Source: a bacterium
GTDB lineage: Bacteria > Zhuqueibacterota > Zhuqueibacteria > Zhuqueibacterales > Zhuqueibacteraceae
Direction of reading: 5' to 3'
DNA length: 29,758 bases
Assembly: GCA_044869275.1 (NCBI GenBank)
Contig: JBIOXB010000019.1
Coordinates: 1 to 29,758, forward strand
The notes beneath the pieces are model-generated. The model saw only the letters and a program-made list of their open reading frames with translations. It was not told the DNA's origin and searched no databases. Within the stretch, counting starts at the first letter, position 1; each line of letters begins with the position of its first letter. The position numbers and the translations under genes are program-made. Positions 29,753-29,758 of this stretch are shown here, piece after piece.

Positions 29753-29758
29753 GCGGCG

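Overview
Bacterial chromosomal window, GC-rich with AT-richer inserts. The left third carries an Ehr-type (hydrogenase-4-like) membrane complex, hyfB-hyfC-hyfE-hyfF-hyfG-like, whose large subunit lacks both Ni-binding CxxC motifs. No small Fe-S subunit lies in the window. Three of the four junctions of this operon are interrupted: by a mosaic of foreign gene fragments, by an epimerase gene, and by a GxxExxY nuclease cassette bracketed by a perfect 27-bp inverted repeat. The rest holds an amidohydrolase, a short Rho paralog, a RhuM/Fic gene beside a decayed type IIG R-M remnant, a PAP2 phosphatase, a HerA-like ATPase, a thioesterase, M48/YpfJ/M15 peptidases, thyX, OmpA, an unusual 2TM-LPP20-like-TPR protein, an NlpE/META lipoprotein and two GlsB/YeaQ/YmgE paralogs. 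The most striking feature is non-coding. Many gene boundaries carry palindromic elements: 6-, 7- and 9-nt-period microsatellite hairpins, REP-like hairpins, and MITE-like shells wrapped around or inserted into REPs. All calls come from reading motifs by eye; no database searches were run.
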